A DNA stretch of 62,744 bases, counting the filler. It is 5 parts of 5 records of this genome, joined end to end, with 100 filler letters (N's around TTAATTAATTAA, not from the genome) between each part and the next. Parts side by side here need not be neighbours in the genome. Positions count along the whole stretch, not along the records: positions 1 to 20,323 come from SRR20825006_1945; positions 20,424 to 30,159 come from SRR20825006_1946; positions 30,260 to 43,966 come from SRR20825006_1948; 2 more parts are not named here. One strand, written 5' to 3'. Positions 20,158 through 30,375 of the stretch are shown in pieces. The notes beneath the pieces are model-generated. The model saw nothing but the letters and a program-made list of their open reading frames with translations. It had not been told where the DNA came from and did no database searches. Position 1 is the stretch's first letter. Every line of letters begins with the position of its first letter. Made by a program: the position numbers and the translations under genes.

Positions 20158-20323
20158 ATGAGCGACGAAGTTTCCCGCGACGACAACAACCGCCCTCAGC
20201 CAGACGGAAAACCGGAAGAAAAGAAAACCGGTTTCTGGAAGCGCATGTTCACCGGTGTAGAAGTCGACGAGGCAAGCAGCCCCCCCCCCGAGCCCAGCGC
20301 CGAAAGCGCCCCGGAGCCGGCTG
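20158..20323 (+). CDS. ftsY: Probable SRP receptor FtsY, N-terminal fragment (truncated by contig end)
   Basis: EKKTGFWKRMF followed by an acidic/Pro-rich region; divergent from M16-M16-rsmD as in pseudomonad synteny. Confidence 0.65.
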
Positions 20324-20423
20324 NNNNNNNNNNNNNNNNNNNNNNNNNNNNNNNNNNNNNNNNNNNNTTAATTAATTAANNNNNNNNNNNNNNNNNNNNN
20401 NNNNNNNNNNNNNNNNNNNNNNN
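20324..20423. other. Artificial contig linker
   Basis: 44 N + TTAATTAATTAA (stops in all six frames) + 44 N. Confidence 0.98.
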
Positions 20424-20783
<360 letters not shown>

Positions 20784-20815
20784 TCAGGTCGCCGTTTGGC
20801 GCTGGGGTGCAACAC

Positions 20816-20831
20816 TGCAATTGCCGGGCCA
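20816..20831 (-). promoter_or_regulatory. Sigma54 (-24/-12) promoter of dctP
   Basis: Minus strand TGGCCCGGCAATTGCA, exact GG-N10-GC spacing. Confidence 0.8.
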
Positions 20832-20861
20832 GTTCTGCATATCTGTCATTACGATAAGTAA

Positions 20862-20874
20862 TATCAGCGGTTTG
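20862..20874 (+). promoter_or_regulatory. IHF binding site
   Basis: TATCAGCGGTTTG matches WATCARNNNNTTR and lies between the enhancer and the sigma54 promoter. Confidence 0.6.
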
Positions 20875-20918
20875 CAGCGTGTTTCGCAATGGTGCGGTGC
20901 AGCGTAAGTTCTTCTTTT

Positions 20919-20968
20919 TGTTGTCTTTCCCGCACATCCCTTCTTCGCAATGTGCGGTCTTCCGCACA
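20919..20968. promoter_or_regulatory. Tandem DctD enhancer sites (UAS)
   Basis: TGTGCGG-TCTT-CCGCACA (20951-20968), plus a weaker TGTTGTCTTTCCCGCACA (20919-20936) offset by 32 bp; resembles the rhizobial DctD site. Confidence 0.75.
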
Positions 20969-21134
20969 ATATCTCAAGTTGAAAATGCAAAATTTTTATC
21001 GATTGCAGGATTTTTGACGCAGGCGGGGCGGGTGGTTGGTAGGACCAATTGCAAAAGGTGCGGCAAAGGCTTATCCCGCCAGTCGCTTTGTCAGATTACG
21101 GGCAGTATTGCGGGGCGATTTGCCCTGATCGTTC

Positions 21135-22490
21135 CTAACCGTCTGATTTATTGCGAAACTCTGCCGGGACGATGCCGTATTTGGCAAGTTTGTCATAGAA
21201 GGTTTTGCGCGGAACGCCCAGTGCATTGACCGTTGCCGTTACATGGCCGCCATGCTGACGGAGTGCCTCACAGATCACGCCTTTTTCAAATGCTTCGACT
21301 TGCTGGGGCAGTGACAGGACATTTTCGGTTGCCTGTGCGCTGTCACCGGCAAACGGATCAAGGCCCAGAACCCGGCGTTCGGCAGCGTTGCGCAATTCGC
21401 GGACATTCCCCGGCCAGTCATGGGCAGTCAGGCGGGCGATTTCCGTGCCGTTCAACGGGGCAAATTCCCGGCCAAACCTTCCTTGCGCCTCTTTCATGAA
21501 ATGCTGGAAAAGAAGGGGGATGTCATCCTTTCGATCACGCAATGGCGGGATGTGCAGTTGCACGACATTCAGCCGGTAATACAAATCCTCGCGGAATGCC
21601 CCGCGTGATGATGCCTCGCGCAGATCAATCTTGGTTGCGGCCACCACGCGCAAATCAATAGGTTGCAACTTGTTCGAGCCCAGCCGTTCCAGCGCGCGTT
21701 CCTGCAAAACCCGCAGCAGTTTGACCTGAAGCGATAACGGCATGCTTTCGATTTCATCAAGGAACATGGTGCCCTTGTCGGCAAATTCGAATTTGCCGAT
21801 ACGCTTGTTCTCCGCCCCGGTGAATGCGCCCGCTTCGTGGCCGAACAGTTCCGATTCAATAAGGTTTTCAGGCATTGCACCGCAATTGACTGCCACAAAC
21901 TGGCCGGGGCGGCCTGATGCCTCGTGCAGGGTGCGTGCAACGACTTCCTTGCCCGCACCGGTTTCACCATTGATCAGGACATGGGCATCGGTCGCGGCGA
22001 TATTGCCAATCAGCGTGCGTAGCTTTTCCATGGCAGGCGTGCGACCGATCAGGCCCGATACTTCCTTGCTGTGGCGGGCCAGTTCGGCCTTGAGCGTCCT
22101 GTTTTCAAGAACCAGCTGCCGATGGGCCATGGCCCGGCGCGCGATATCGATGAAATGATCCGGGTCGAACGGTTTTTCGATGAAATCAAACGCGCCTTCG
22201 CGCATCGCACGCACCGCGGTGGCAACGTCACCATGTCCGGTGACAAGGATCACCGGCATTTCCGGCTCAATCTTGCGCACCTGAGACAGCAATTCCATGC
22301 CGTCCATGCGCGGCATGCGGATATCAGTAATCAGGATTCCAGGCCAGCCGCGGCGAACACGTTCCAGCGCCGAACCGGCGTCGCTGTGGCATTCGACAAG
22401 GATGTCGGCAAGCTCCAGCGTTTGCTGTGCGGCTTCCCGCACATCTTCGTCGTCATCGACAAACAGAACGCAATGGGCCGAGTTATTCAA
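21135..22490 (-). CDS. dctD: Sigma54-dependent response regulator DctD
   Basis: Receiver domain, GETGAGKE, GAFTGA, C-terminal Fis-type HTH. Confidence 0.9.
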   Translation of the reverse strand: MNNSAHCVLFVDDDEDVREAAQQTLELADILVECHSDAGSALERVRRGWPGILITDIRMPRMDGMELLSQVRKIEPEMPVILVTGHGDVATAVRAMREGAFDFIEKPFDPDHFIDIARRAMAHRQLVLENRTLKAELARHSKEVSGLIGRTPAMEKLRTLIGNIAATDAHVLINGETGAGKEVVARTLHEASGRPGQFVAVNCGAMPENLIESELFGHEAGAFTGAENKRIGKFEFADKGTMFLDEIESMPLSLQVKLLRVLQERALERLGSNKLQPIDLRVVAATKIDLREASSRGAFREDLYYRLNVVQLHIPPLRDRKDDIPLLFQHFMKEAQGRFGREFAPLNGTEIARLTAHDWPGNVRELRNAAERRVLGLDPFAGDSAQATENVLSLPQQVEAFEKGVICEALRQHGGHVTATVNALGVPRKTFYDKLAKYGIVPAEFRNKSDG

Positions 22491-22518
22491 ATGCCTTCCC
22501 CTTTTAATCCGTTCCGGA

Positions 22519-24558
22519 TCACGGGGCGATCATACGATGTACCAGCAGATCCGTTTCCGCGCCTTCTGTTTCGGCGGTTTGGCCGGATGTTGTATCAGGC
22601 ATCGGCGATGACGTCGAGGTTGATGTGCCGTCATGCCCGGACACCTGTTCTATGCATCGCAATTCAATCGTGAAACAGGCCCCGCCCATCGGGCGGTTTT
22701 CCGCACGTATCGTGCCGCCAAAGCTGCGCATGATGCCATAACAGATCGAAAGCCCCAGCCCCAGCCCGTCACCAAACGGTTTGGTGGTGAAGAACGGGTC
22801 GAACAGTTTGGGCAAATTTTCGGGCAGGATACCGGGGCCGTTATCGGTAATCGCGACCAGAACGCGACCATCCTTTTCCTCAAGCATGATACCGATTTCG
22901 GGGAATTCCTCATCCCGGCAGGCATCGGCGGCGTTGCTCAGGATATTGAGGAATACCTGTTCAAGCTGGTTTTCCTCGGCGGTGACTTTTGGCAGGTTTT
23001 CCAACGCCTGATAACGTATGTCGGCCAATCCGGCCCGGCCGGTTTCGCGCAGCAGATCAATCGCCTTTTCCAGCGGTTCGGCCAATTGCACCGGATGGGT
23101 GTCATGTTTTGGGCGGCGGGCAAAGGTTTTCAGATGGTTGGTGATCCGACCCATGCGTTCGGTCAGTTCAGAAATCCGGCCCAGATTACGGCTGGCGGTT
23201 TCGTCATTGCCGCGCGCAATGAATTTAAGCGCGTTTTCGGCGTAACTTCGAATGGCGGTCAGTGGTTGATTGATTTCGTGTGCAATGCCAGCTGACATCT
23301 GGCCAAGGGCGGCAAGTTTGCCAGCCTGCACCAGTTCGGCCTGTGCCGTGCGCAGGGCGTCTTCGGTGCGGCGGCGTTCACTGATTTCCTCGGCAAGGCG
23401 GAGGTTTGTGCTCATGAGGTCGGCGGTGCGAAGCCGCACCTGACGTTCCAGTTCACGTTGCGACCAGTCGCGGATTTCTATTTGTTCGAGCATCGCGCGA
23501 CGGCGTTGCAGCAGCACAAAAATCGTCCCCATGATGATGATATGCATGGCCCCGCCGATGAAGCCCGCGGTCAGGATCGACTGATCAAGAACCGCCTTGT
23601 CGGTCAGCAGATAAATATTCCAGCCCTGTTTGGGCAGGGGGCTTCGGATCACAAGATATGGTTTGGCATCATTTTTGGCTTTTCCGCTGGCTTCGGCGTC
23701 TGATTTTGCCGTTGCAGCTTGCCCTGATTGAAGGGTTTCCGGGGTGATGACCTGTGCTGGTGCAAGCGACAGAATGCTGATCCCGTCATCGCCGGGCCAT
23801 TCGCCCTGATGAACGGGCATCGGATCGAGCGGATATTCACCATATTTGCGCGAAAGCATCAGTTCAGGCCGGTCTTCGGGCGGAATGCCGGTCAGGGCGC
23901 GAAACCGCCATTCGGGCCGTGATGTAATGATGACGATGCCGTTTTCATCGGTTACCAGAACATTCTCGTTCCCGCGTGCCCAGCGTTGGACAAGGGTTTC
24001 AAGGTGGGTCTTGACCACCATCACGCCTTCGAATGCCGCCCCGTTCGGGCGGACCGGATGCGAGATATAATAACCTGGGACATTCGACGTGATGCCAAAG
24101 GCAAAGTAATGCCCGGTCAGTCCGGCTTCGGCCTGTTTGAAATAGGGCCGGAACGCAAAATTTCGCCCGACAAAGGATGCATCGCTGTTCCAGTTGCTGG
24201 CCGCAATTGTTGTCCCGTTGCGATCCATGAAATAGATGTCGGATGCGCCACTGTCAGCGGCGAGTTTTTCCAGATAGAGATTGACCTCGGCCGCGTCCGA
24301 CGGGCTGGAATGCAGGGCAAGGTCAAGGATACGTTTGTCACTGGCAAGCGTGATCGGAAGGTATTCGTGTTCCTTGATCGCTCCCTGAAGGTTGGAACGA
24401 TAAAGTTCCAGCTTGTTGCGGCCGTCCTCGGTGATTTCGACAAGACGGGTTTCGCGCCACAGTTCCGTGGTCAGCCAGACGGTAACCGGCAGCAATATCA
24501 GCATTCCGGCCAAAACCAGCCGTGCACTTCGCTTTGCGGATATTGATGTCTTGAGCAT
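22519..24558 (-). CDS. dctB: C4-dicarboxylate sensor histidine kinase DctB
   Basis: Periplasmic Cache domain with FRPYF; AHEINQPL H-box; DNGPG; GLGLGL. Confidence 0.9.
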   Translation of the reverse strand: MLKTSISAKRSARLVLAGMLILLPVTVWLTTELWRETRLVEITEDGRNKLELYRSNLQGAIKEHEYLPITLASDKRILDLALHSSPSDAAEVNLYLEKLAADSGASDIYFMDRNGTTIAASNWNSDASFVGRNFAFRPYFKQAEAGLTGHYFAFGITSNVPGYYISHPVRPNGAAFEGVMVVKTHLETLVQRWARGNENVLVTDENGIVIITSRPEWRFRALTGIPPEDRPELMLSRKYGEYPLDPMPVHQGEWPGDDGISILSLAPAQVITPETLQSGQAATAKSDAEASGKAKNDAKPYLVIRSPLPKQGWNIYLLTDKAVLDQSILTAGFIGGAMHIIIMGTIFVLLQRRRAMLEQIEIRDWSQRELERQVRLRTADLMSTNLRLAEEISERRRTEDALRTAQAELVQAGKLAALGQMSAGIAHEINQPLTAIRSYAENALKFIARGNDETASRNLGRISELTERMGRITNHLKTFARRPKHDTHPVQLAEPLEKAIDLLRETGRAGLADIRYQALENLPKVTAEENQLEQVFLNILSNAADACRDEEFPEIGIMLEEKDGRVLVAITDNGPGILPENLPKLFDPFFTTKPFGDGLGLGLSICYGIMRSFGGTIRAENRPMGGACFTIELRCIEQVSGHDGTSTSTSSPMPDTTSGQTAETEGAETDLLVHRMIAP

Positions 24559-24763
24559 TTCCCGCCAGACCGTTTCAAGAATTATGCCGGGGTATTATGA
24601 TGACATATTGGTAACAATGCATAGCCGAAAAAGGCTTCGCGTGTCAGGCGCTTGATAAAAGTGCGCACTGTCTGTACCAATCAGGAAACGATCTGGCCTG
24701 ATCGTGGCCCCACGTTTCCTGCCTGGACGGGAAATCCATATTCCGACAAGGATGTGACCCTGA

Positions 24764-25759
24764 ATGACCGATGATGATGCACGCCTGATCTGGGTTCTGG
24801 CCGATGACCGTGCAGGAAACGTCAATCAGGCCATCGGTGTCGCAGAAGCACTGGCACAGCCCTTCAAGCGGGTCGATATCGGTTATACCAATATGGCACG
24901 ATTGCCCAATGTTATCCGCCGGGCCAGCCTTTTGGGGGTGGATACCGGATCACGGGCGCGCCTTGTCGCACCCTGGCCCGATCTGGTGATTGCCGCAGGA
25001 CGGCGGACCGCACCGATTGCCCGCTGGATCAAAAAGCAAAGCAACGGCCATACTCGCATATGCCAGATCATGCGTCCGGATGGGGGCGAGGGGGCGTTTG
25101 ACCTGATTGCGGTCCCGGCCCATGACCGGATGTCAGCGCGTGACAATGTTGTTGAAATCCCCGGTGCCCCGCATCGGGTAACCGAAACGCGGCTGCTGAT
25201 CGAAGCCGATCTATGGCGGCCGCATTTCAAGGGGCTGCCAAGCCCGCGCGTGGCACTGATCATCGGCGGCAGCACCAAAAGTACGGTCTTTACCGCGGAT
25301 ATGGCCCGGGAACTGGTTGGTCGGGCGATTGAGGCGACCGGGGCCATTGATGGTAGCCTGCTGGTCACGACCAGCCGTCGCACAGGCCCGGAGAACGAGG
25401 AGATCATTGCCGAAATGCTCGGCAATTCCGGGCTTGCCTATCATCTGCATGATTGGAGCTCGAAGGCGGAAAATCCGTATTTCGGGTATCTGGCGCTGGC
25501 CGATATCATCCTTGTTACCGGAGATTCGGTTTCGATGTGTTGCGAAGCGGCTGCCGCACCGGGCGGGGTTTATATCTATGCCCCCGATGGCATCGCAGGC
25601 CCGCGCCATCAACGTCTGCATCAGTCACTTTATGACGGTGGATATGCGCGGCCATTGCTTCCCAACACGGAAATCGTGCCGTTCAGGCATCCATCCCTGC
25701 AACCGGCCCGAACGGTAGCGCAGCGGTGCCTTGAACTTCTAAGTGCACCTGTTTCCTGA
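24764..25759 (+). CDS. ELM1-like (mitochondrial fission ELM1 family) protein
   Basis: WPDLVIAAGRRT, TTSRRT, NPYFGYLA and VTGDSVSMCCEA motifs. Confidence 0.85.
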   Translation: MTDDDARLIWVLADDRAGNVNQAIGVAEALAQPFKRVDIGYTNMARLPNVIRRASLLGVDTGSRARLVAPWPDLVIAAGRRTAPIARWIKKQSNGHTRICQIMRPDGGEGAFDLIAVPAHDRMSARDNVVEIPGAPHRVTETRLLIEADLWRPHFKGLPSPRVALIIGGSTKSTVFTADMARELVGRAIEATGAIDGSLLVTTSRRTGPENEEIIAEMLGNSGLAYHLHDWSSKAENPYFGYLALADIILVTGDSVSMCCEAAAAPGGVYIYAPDGIAGPRHQRLHQSLYDGGYARPLLPNTEIVPFRHPSLQPARTVAQRCLELLSAPVS

Positions 25760-25802
25760 TCTGCCAGAATCCGCGATTTTATTTTTATCGTGATAGTGAT
25801 CG

Positions 25803-26726
25803 TTACGGAAGTCGGATACCGTTTCCGTGCGAATCAATATGATTGACCAGAAAATCGATGAAGGCCCGGATGCGCGCGGCAAGATGTTCATGCCCGGCAA
25901 AGATCGCATGGATCAGCTGTTCGTCATTCGGGTTCCAGTTCGGCAGGATTTCAACCAGTGTTCCGGCCTTCAGATCGCCCTGAACATGGAACCGTCCCAA
26001 CCGCGCCATGCCGAGCCCTGAAAGGCAAAGGCGGCGCATGGCCGGGCCGCTGTCGCAGAGGAAATTGCCCGATACCGTCCGGCCGAAACGTTCGCCGGTG
26101 TCGGGATTGATGAATGGCCATTCATTCATCGGGATCGGGAAGTTGAATCGCAGGCAATTGTGACTGTCCAGTTCGTCCGGATGGCCGGGCAGGCCGCGTT
26201 TGGCAATATATTCCGGTGATGCGACGATGGTGCGGCTGCTTTCGATCAGTTTGCGGGCCTTTAACGATGAGTCGGGCAATGATCCGGATCGGATGGCAAT
26301 ATCGGCCCGTTCCTCAAGCAGATCAATGATCCCGTCGGTCAGGGAAAAGTCCAGCTCGACCTCGGGATAGCGTTCGAGAAATGCCGGGATCAGCGGCTGA
26401 ACATACATCACGCCAAACGCGATGGAGGCATTGACGCGCAACCGGCCACGCGGGGCGGCCTTGCCGCCGCTTGCGACCGCACGTTCGGCATCGTCGATTT
26501 CATCAAGAACGCGCTGGGCGCGGACCAGATACATTTCGCCTTCGGGCGTCAGTTGCAAACCACGCGTGGACCTTACCAGAAGACGGGTTGCCAGCCGGTC
26601 TTCGATCCGTGTGACAAGCTTGCTGACAGCAGATGGCGACAGATGCAGCTTGCGCCCGGCTTCGGAAAAGCTTCTGAGTTCCGCGACCCGGATGAAGACT
26701 TCCATTTCCCCTGCGCGATTGTCCAA
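25803..26726 (-). CDS. LysR family regulator (CrgA-like)
   Basis: SFSEAGRKLHLSPSAVSKLVTRIEDRL HTH; TTG start with GGAGG RBS gives 307 aa. Confidence 0.9.
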   Translation of the reverse strand: MDNRAGEMEVFIRVAELRSFSEAGRKLHLSPSAVSKLVTRIEDRLATRLLVRSTRGLQLTPEGEMYLVRAQRVLDEIDDAERAVASGGKAAPRGRLRVNASIAFGVMYVQPLIPAFLERYPEVELDFSLTDGIIDLLEERADIAIRSGSLPDSSLKARKLIESSRTIVASPEYIAKRGLPGHPDELDSHNCLRFNFPIPMNEWPFINPDTGERFGRTVSGNFLCDSGPAMRRLCLSGLGMARLGRFHVQGDLKAGTLVEILPNWNPNDEQLIHAIFAGHEHLAARIRAFIDFLVNHIDSHGNGIRLP

Positions 26727-26739
26727 CTGATCCTCCGGC

Positions 26740-26756
26740 TTTGAATTCAATTCAAA
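26740..26756. promoter_or_regulatory. LysR box (T-N11-A dyad)
   Basis: TTTGAAT-TCA-ATTCAAA between the divergent lysR and MFS genes. Confidence 0.6.
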
Positions 26757-26886
26757 AGCATTTGTCGCGCAATCCGGATTATCGTGCAAGCATTCCATCG
26801 GCATAGTGGGCGGCAATGAACGGGGCAGGATGCCCCACCAACCATTTGTGCCCGCAGACGCATGGCGCGCGGGCCGGAGAATTGAA

Positions 26887-28068
26887 ATGCCGCTTGCTTT
26901 ATTTGCGTTGACGATCGCGGCCTATGCGATCGGCACGACGGAGTTTGTTGTCGTCGGCCTTTTGCCGACCGTGGCAAACGATCTTTCGGTGACCCTGCCG
27001 ATGGCCGGGTTGATTGTCAGTGTCTATGCCCTTGGCGTCACATTCGGTGCGCCGGTTTTAACCGCCCTGACCGGGCGCATGCACCGCAAGACCCTGATGC
27101 TTGGGCTGATGGGGGTGTTTGTGGTTGGCAACAGTGCCGCCGCCCTTAGCCCGAGTTATGAAATGCTTCTGGTTGCGCGGGTGATTTCGGCCTTTGCGCA
27201 TGGTGTGTTTTTCTCCATCGGGGCGACGATTGCCGCCGATCTGGTGCCGGAAAACCGCCGGGCATCGGCGATTGCGATGATGTTCATGGGGTTGACGGTT
27301 GCGATTGTGACCGGTGTGCCGCTTGGCACCTATATCGGTCAGATGTTTGGCTGGCGGGCGACTTTCTGGGGTGTTTCGCTTCTTGGCGTGATTGCCTTTG
27401 TCGGGATTGCGGCTTTGCTGCCCTCGAACCTCAGCCGGGCAGAGCCCGCACGCCTGCTTGATCAGGTGCGCGTGCTTGGCAGTGGCCGGTTGCTTCTGGT
27501 GTTTGGCATGACGGCGTTTGGTTATGGCGGAACGTTTGTCACCTTTACCTATCTGTCTGCCGTGCTTCAGGATATTACGGGTTTCAGTGAATCCAGTGTC
27601 AGCCTTATCCTCGTTGCTTATGGGCTTGCGATTGCGGTTGGCAACCTTGCCGGGGGACGCATTGCGGATCGGAACCCGGTCCGGGCGCTGACCATCCTGT
27701 TTGCCTTGCAGGCCGTCACACTTGTGATCTTTACCTTTACTGCCGTGTCGCCGATCCTTGCGGTTATTACGCTGGCCGCACTTGGTTTCCTGCAATTTGC
27801 CAATGTGCCGGGGCTTCAGCTTTATGTCGTGCAACTGGCAAAGCTGCACCGGCCGGGCGGGGTGGATGTTGCATCGGCGCTGAACATTGCGGCCTTTAAC
27901 CTTGGCATTGCGATTGGGGCGTGGGTTGGCGGGATTGTTGTTTCCTCCTCGCTTGGCCTGTCGGCAACGCCTTGGGTCGCGGCCCTTCTGGTCGCGTTTG
28001 CTGTCGGCCTGACCATGATCAGCGGCGCGCTGGACCGCCGGTCCGATAACGCCCTTCAGACCGCATAA
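26887..28068 (+). CDS. MFS transporter, DHA1 (YdhP/NepI-like)
   Basis: MPLALFAL..GTTEF..GLLP; about 12 TM helices; AFNLG. Confidence 0.9.
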   Translation: MPLALFALTIAAYAIGTTEFVVVGLLPTVANDLSVTLPMAGLIVSVYALGVTFGAPVLTALTGRMHRKTLMLGLMGVFVVGNSAAALSPSYEMLLVARVISAFAHGVFFSIGATIAADLVPENRRASAIAMMFMGLTVAIVTGVPLGTYIGQMFGWRATFWGVSLLGVIAFVGIAALLPSNLSRAEPARLLDQVRVLGSGRLLLVFGMTAFGYGGTFVTFTYLSAVLQDITGFSESSVSLILVAYGLAIAVGNLAGGRIADRNPVRALTILFALQAVTLVIFTFTAVSPILAVITLAALGFLQFANVPGLQLYVVQLAKLHRPGGVDVASALNIAAFNLGIAIGAWVGGIVVSSSLGLSATPWVAALLVAFAVGLTMISGALDRRSDNALQTA

Positions 28069-28184
28069 CCGATATCGGGTTGCCGCATCCTGTTCACCGG
28101 ATGTGGCACCCTTTGCCGGAAAGACTTGTTTTAAGGGGCTTTCTGGCGTTTTCTGATTGTTCGCCCCACAAAACCGGTTTTGAT

Positions 28185-29120
28185 ATGTCCATTTCGACTG
28201 CCCTGCCTGCTGCCGTCCCTCAACATTTCCCGCGCCAGATTGCGGTTCTGATCCTTGTTGTTGTTGCCTGTTCCTTTGCCGGGAACCATGTGGCGGCAAG
28301 GCTGGCATTTGAAAACGGCACGGGGTTGCTTCTGGCGATCCTGTGCCGGTCGGGGGTGGCTTTGGCCATCCTGATCACGCTTGTGATCTGGCAACGCCAG
28401 ACGGTCCGGCTTCCGGCCGGAAGCTGGAAATGGCAGATATTGCTGGGGCTTCTGGTCACCATTCAAAGCCTGTGCCTGTATTCGGCGGTGGCCCGCATTC
28501 CGGTCGCGTTGGCCCTTTTGACGGCCAACAGTTTCCCGATTATTCTGGCGTTGCTGACCTGGGCGTTGGGTGGGGCGCGACCGACATTGAAATCGGCGGC
28601 CTTGATGCTGTTCATCCTGTCGGGGCTTGTTTTAGCACTTGATGTGCCCGGCGTTCTGGCGATGGAGGGTGATGTCGGTGCGAACTGGTGGCAGGGGATT
28701 GTCTTTGCGCTGGGGGCGGCAACGTCCTTTGCCGTGGCCCTTTGGGTGACCGATCACAAATTGTCGGCTTTGCGCGGATCGGTGCGCAGCATGTTCACCA
28801 TGCTGATTGTGTTTGCATCGATGATCGTGGCCGGTTTCGCCGAACTGGTGCCGGGCGGGATGAATTTGCCCGCGGCAACGCCTGGCTGGCTTGGTCTTGG
28901 TGCCTTGGTATTGCTTTATGGTGGTGCCTTTTCCGTCCTGTTTATTTCGGTGCCGCGGCTGAATATGGCGCGCAATGCGCCGGTGATGAATATGGAACCG
29001 ATTGCCACCCTGCTGTTTGGCTGGGTGGTGCTGGAACAGATGATCAGTCCGGCCCAGATGCTGGGCGGGTTGGTCGTGATTACCGGGATTGTCATCCTGA
29101 CGCTGCGCAAATCGGCCTGA
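28185..29120 (+). CDS. DMT/EamA family transporter
   Basis: About 10 TM helices in two EamA repeats; NMEPIATLLFGW. Confidence 0.82.
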   Translation: MSISTALPAAVPQHFPRQIAVLILVVVACSFAGNHVAARLAFENGTGLLLAILCRSGVALAILITLVIWQRQTVRLPAGSWKWQILLGLLVTIQSLCLYSAVARIPVALALLTANSFPIILALLTWALGGARPTLKSAALMLFILSGLVLALDVPGVLAMEGDVGANWWQGIVFALGAATSFAVALWVTDHKLSALRGSVRSMFTMLIVFASMIVAGFAELVPGGMNLPAATPGWLGLGALVLLYGGAFSVLFISVPRLNMARNAPVMNMEPIATLLFGWVVLEQMISPAQMLGGLVVITGIVILTLRKSA

Positions 29121-29196
29121 ATGCCGTGAGGATCGGAACCTTCGGGTTTGGCAGCCGTTGCGAAGACAGTCGCGACATTTCCAAAGAGGAATTCAG

Positions 29197-30021
29197 ATGT
29201 TTGATGTATCTGCAAATGGTGCGGTGATTCCCGCCCTTGGCTTTGGCACTTTTCGCATGCCCGAAGCCGACGTTCTGCGTATCGTGCCACAGGCGATCAA
29301 AACCGGCTTTCGCCATATCGATACGGCCCAGATTTACGACAACGAAGCCGCGGTCGGGCAGGCGATCCTTGATAGCGGCGTCCCGCGCAAGGACATCTTC
29401 CTGACCACCAAGGTCTGGGTCAGCAATTACAGGCATGATGCCTTTATCAAGTCGGTCGATGAAAGCCTTGAAAAGCTTGAAACCGATTATGTCGATCTGC
29501 TGCTTTTGCATTGGCCGAACAATGATGTGTCGCTTGCCGATCAGATCGGGGCGTTAAACGAGGTCAAGCAGGCCGGCAAGGTGCGCCATATCGGGGTTAG
29601 CAATTTCAACATTGCCCTGATGGACGAGGCCGCCGCGCTATCGGATGCGCCGCTTGTGACCAATCAGGTCGAATATCATCCATTCATTGATCAGACCAAG
29701 GTCATGGACGGGGCGCGCAAGCATGGCATGGCCCTGACCGCCTATTATGCGATGGCCGATGGCAAGGTGCTGGAGAATGAGCAGCTTGGCGAGATTGCCA
29801 AATCGCATGACAGGTCGGTCGCACAGGTTGTCCTGCGCTGGCTGTTGCAGCAGAATGATGTGATTGCCCTGTCGAAAACCGCAACCGAAAGCCGGGTCGC
29901 GGAAAATTTCGACATCTTTGATTTCGAACTGAGCGGCGAGGAAATGCAGGCCATTCATGGGCTGGCCGATGAAAACGGCCGGATCGTCAGCCCCGACGGG
30001 CTGGCACCCGATTGGGACTGA
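29197..30021 (+). CDS. Aldo/keto reductase (DkgB-like)
   Basis: GFGTF, IDTAQIY, TTKVW, LLHWP, IGVSNF and NQVEYH motifs. Confidence 0.92.
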   Translation: MFDVSANGAVIPALGFGTFRMPEADVLRIVPQAIKTGFRHIDTAQIYDNEAAVGQAILDSGVPRKDIFLTTKVWVSNYRHDAFIKSVDESLEKLETDYVDLLLLHWPNNDVSLADQIGALNEVKQAGKVRHIGVSNFNIALMDEAAALSDAPLVTNQVEYHPFIDQTKVMDGARKHGMALTAYYAMADGKVLENEQLGEIAKSHDRSVAQVVLRWLLQQNDVIALSKTATESRVAENFDIFDFELSGEEMQAIHGLADENGRIVSPDGLAPDWD

Positions 30022-30159
30022 TGCTGCTTTCAGGAAGCGACAAGGCCGGGGAAACAGATTTTCCCGGCTAAGATATTGAGAAATATATCTTTTATGTCGT
30101 AATGAGTTTTGATTGGGAACTTTTTCCGGTTTTCTGGAAGAAAGTTCTTGATTTGTTCT

Positions 30160-30259
30160 NNNNNNNNNNNNNNNNNNNNNNNNNNNNNNNNNNNNNNNNN
30201 NNNTTAATTAATTAANNNNNNNNNNNNNNNNNNNNNNNNNNNNNNNNNNNNNNNNNNNN
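30160..30259. other. Artificial contig linker
   Basis: Same 100-bp N/TTAATTAATTAA spacer. Confidence 0.98.
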
Positions 30260-30375
30260 CCTGACGCCTGACGCCTGACGCCTGACGCCAATCAGTCTAA
30301 GGACCACTTGTCGCGTCAAGCGTCCTAGCGGTGTTTTCTTTGTCCGGCGTCCTGCATCTGGCCTCCGGTGTTCAC
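30260..30375. repeat. Heptamer tandem repeat with a degenerate inverted counterpart
   Basis: (CCTGACG)x4 at 30260-30287; complementary degenerate units TGTCCGG-CGTCCTG-CATCTGG-CCTCCGG at 30341-30368. Confidence 0.7.

Noticed and set aside
20368-20379. Recurrent TTAATTAATTAA motif
   Set aside because: Six-frame stop linker from contig concatenation, not biological
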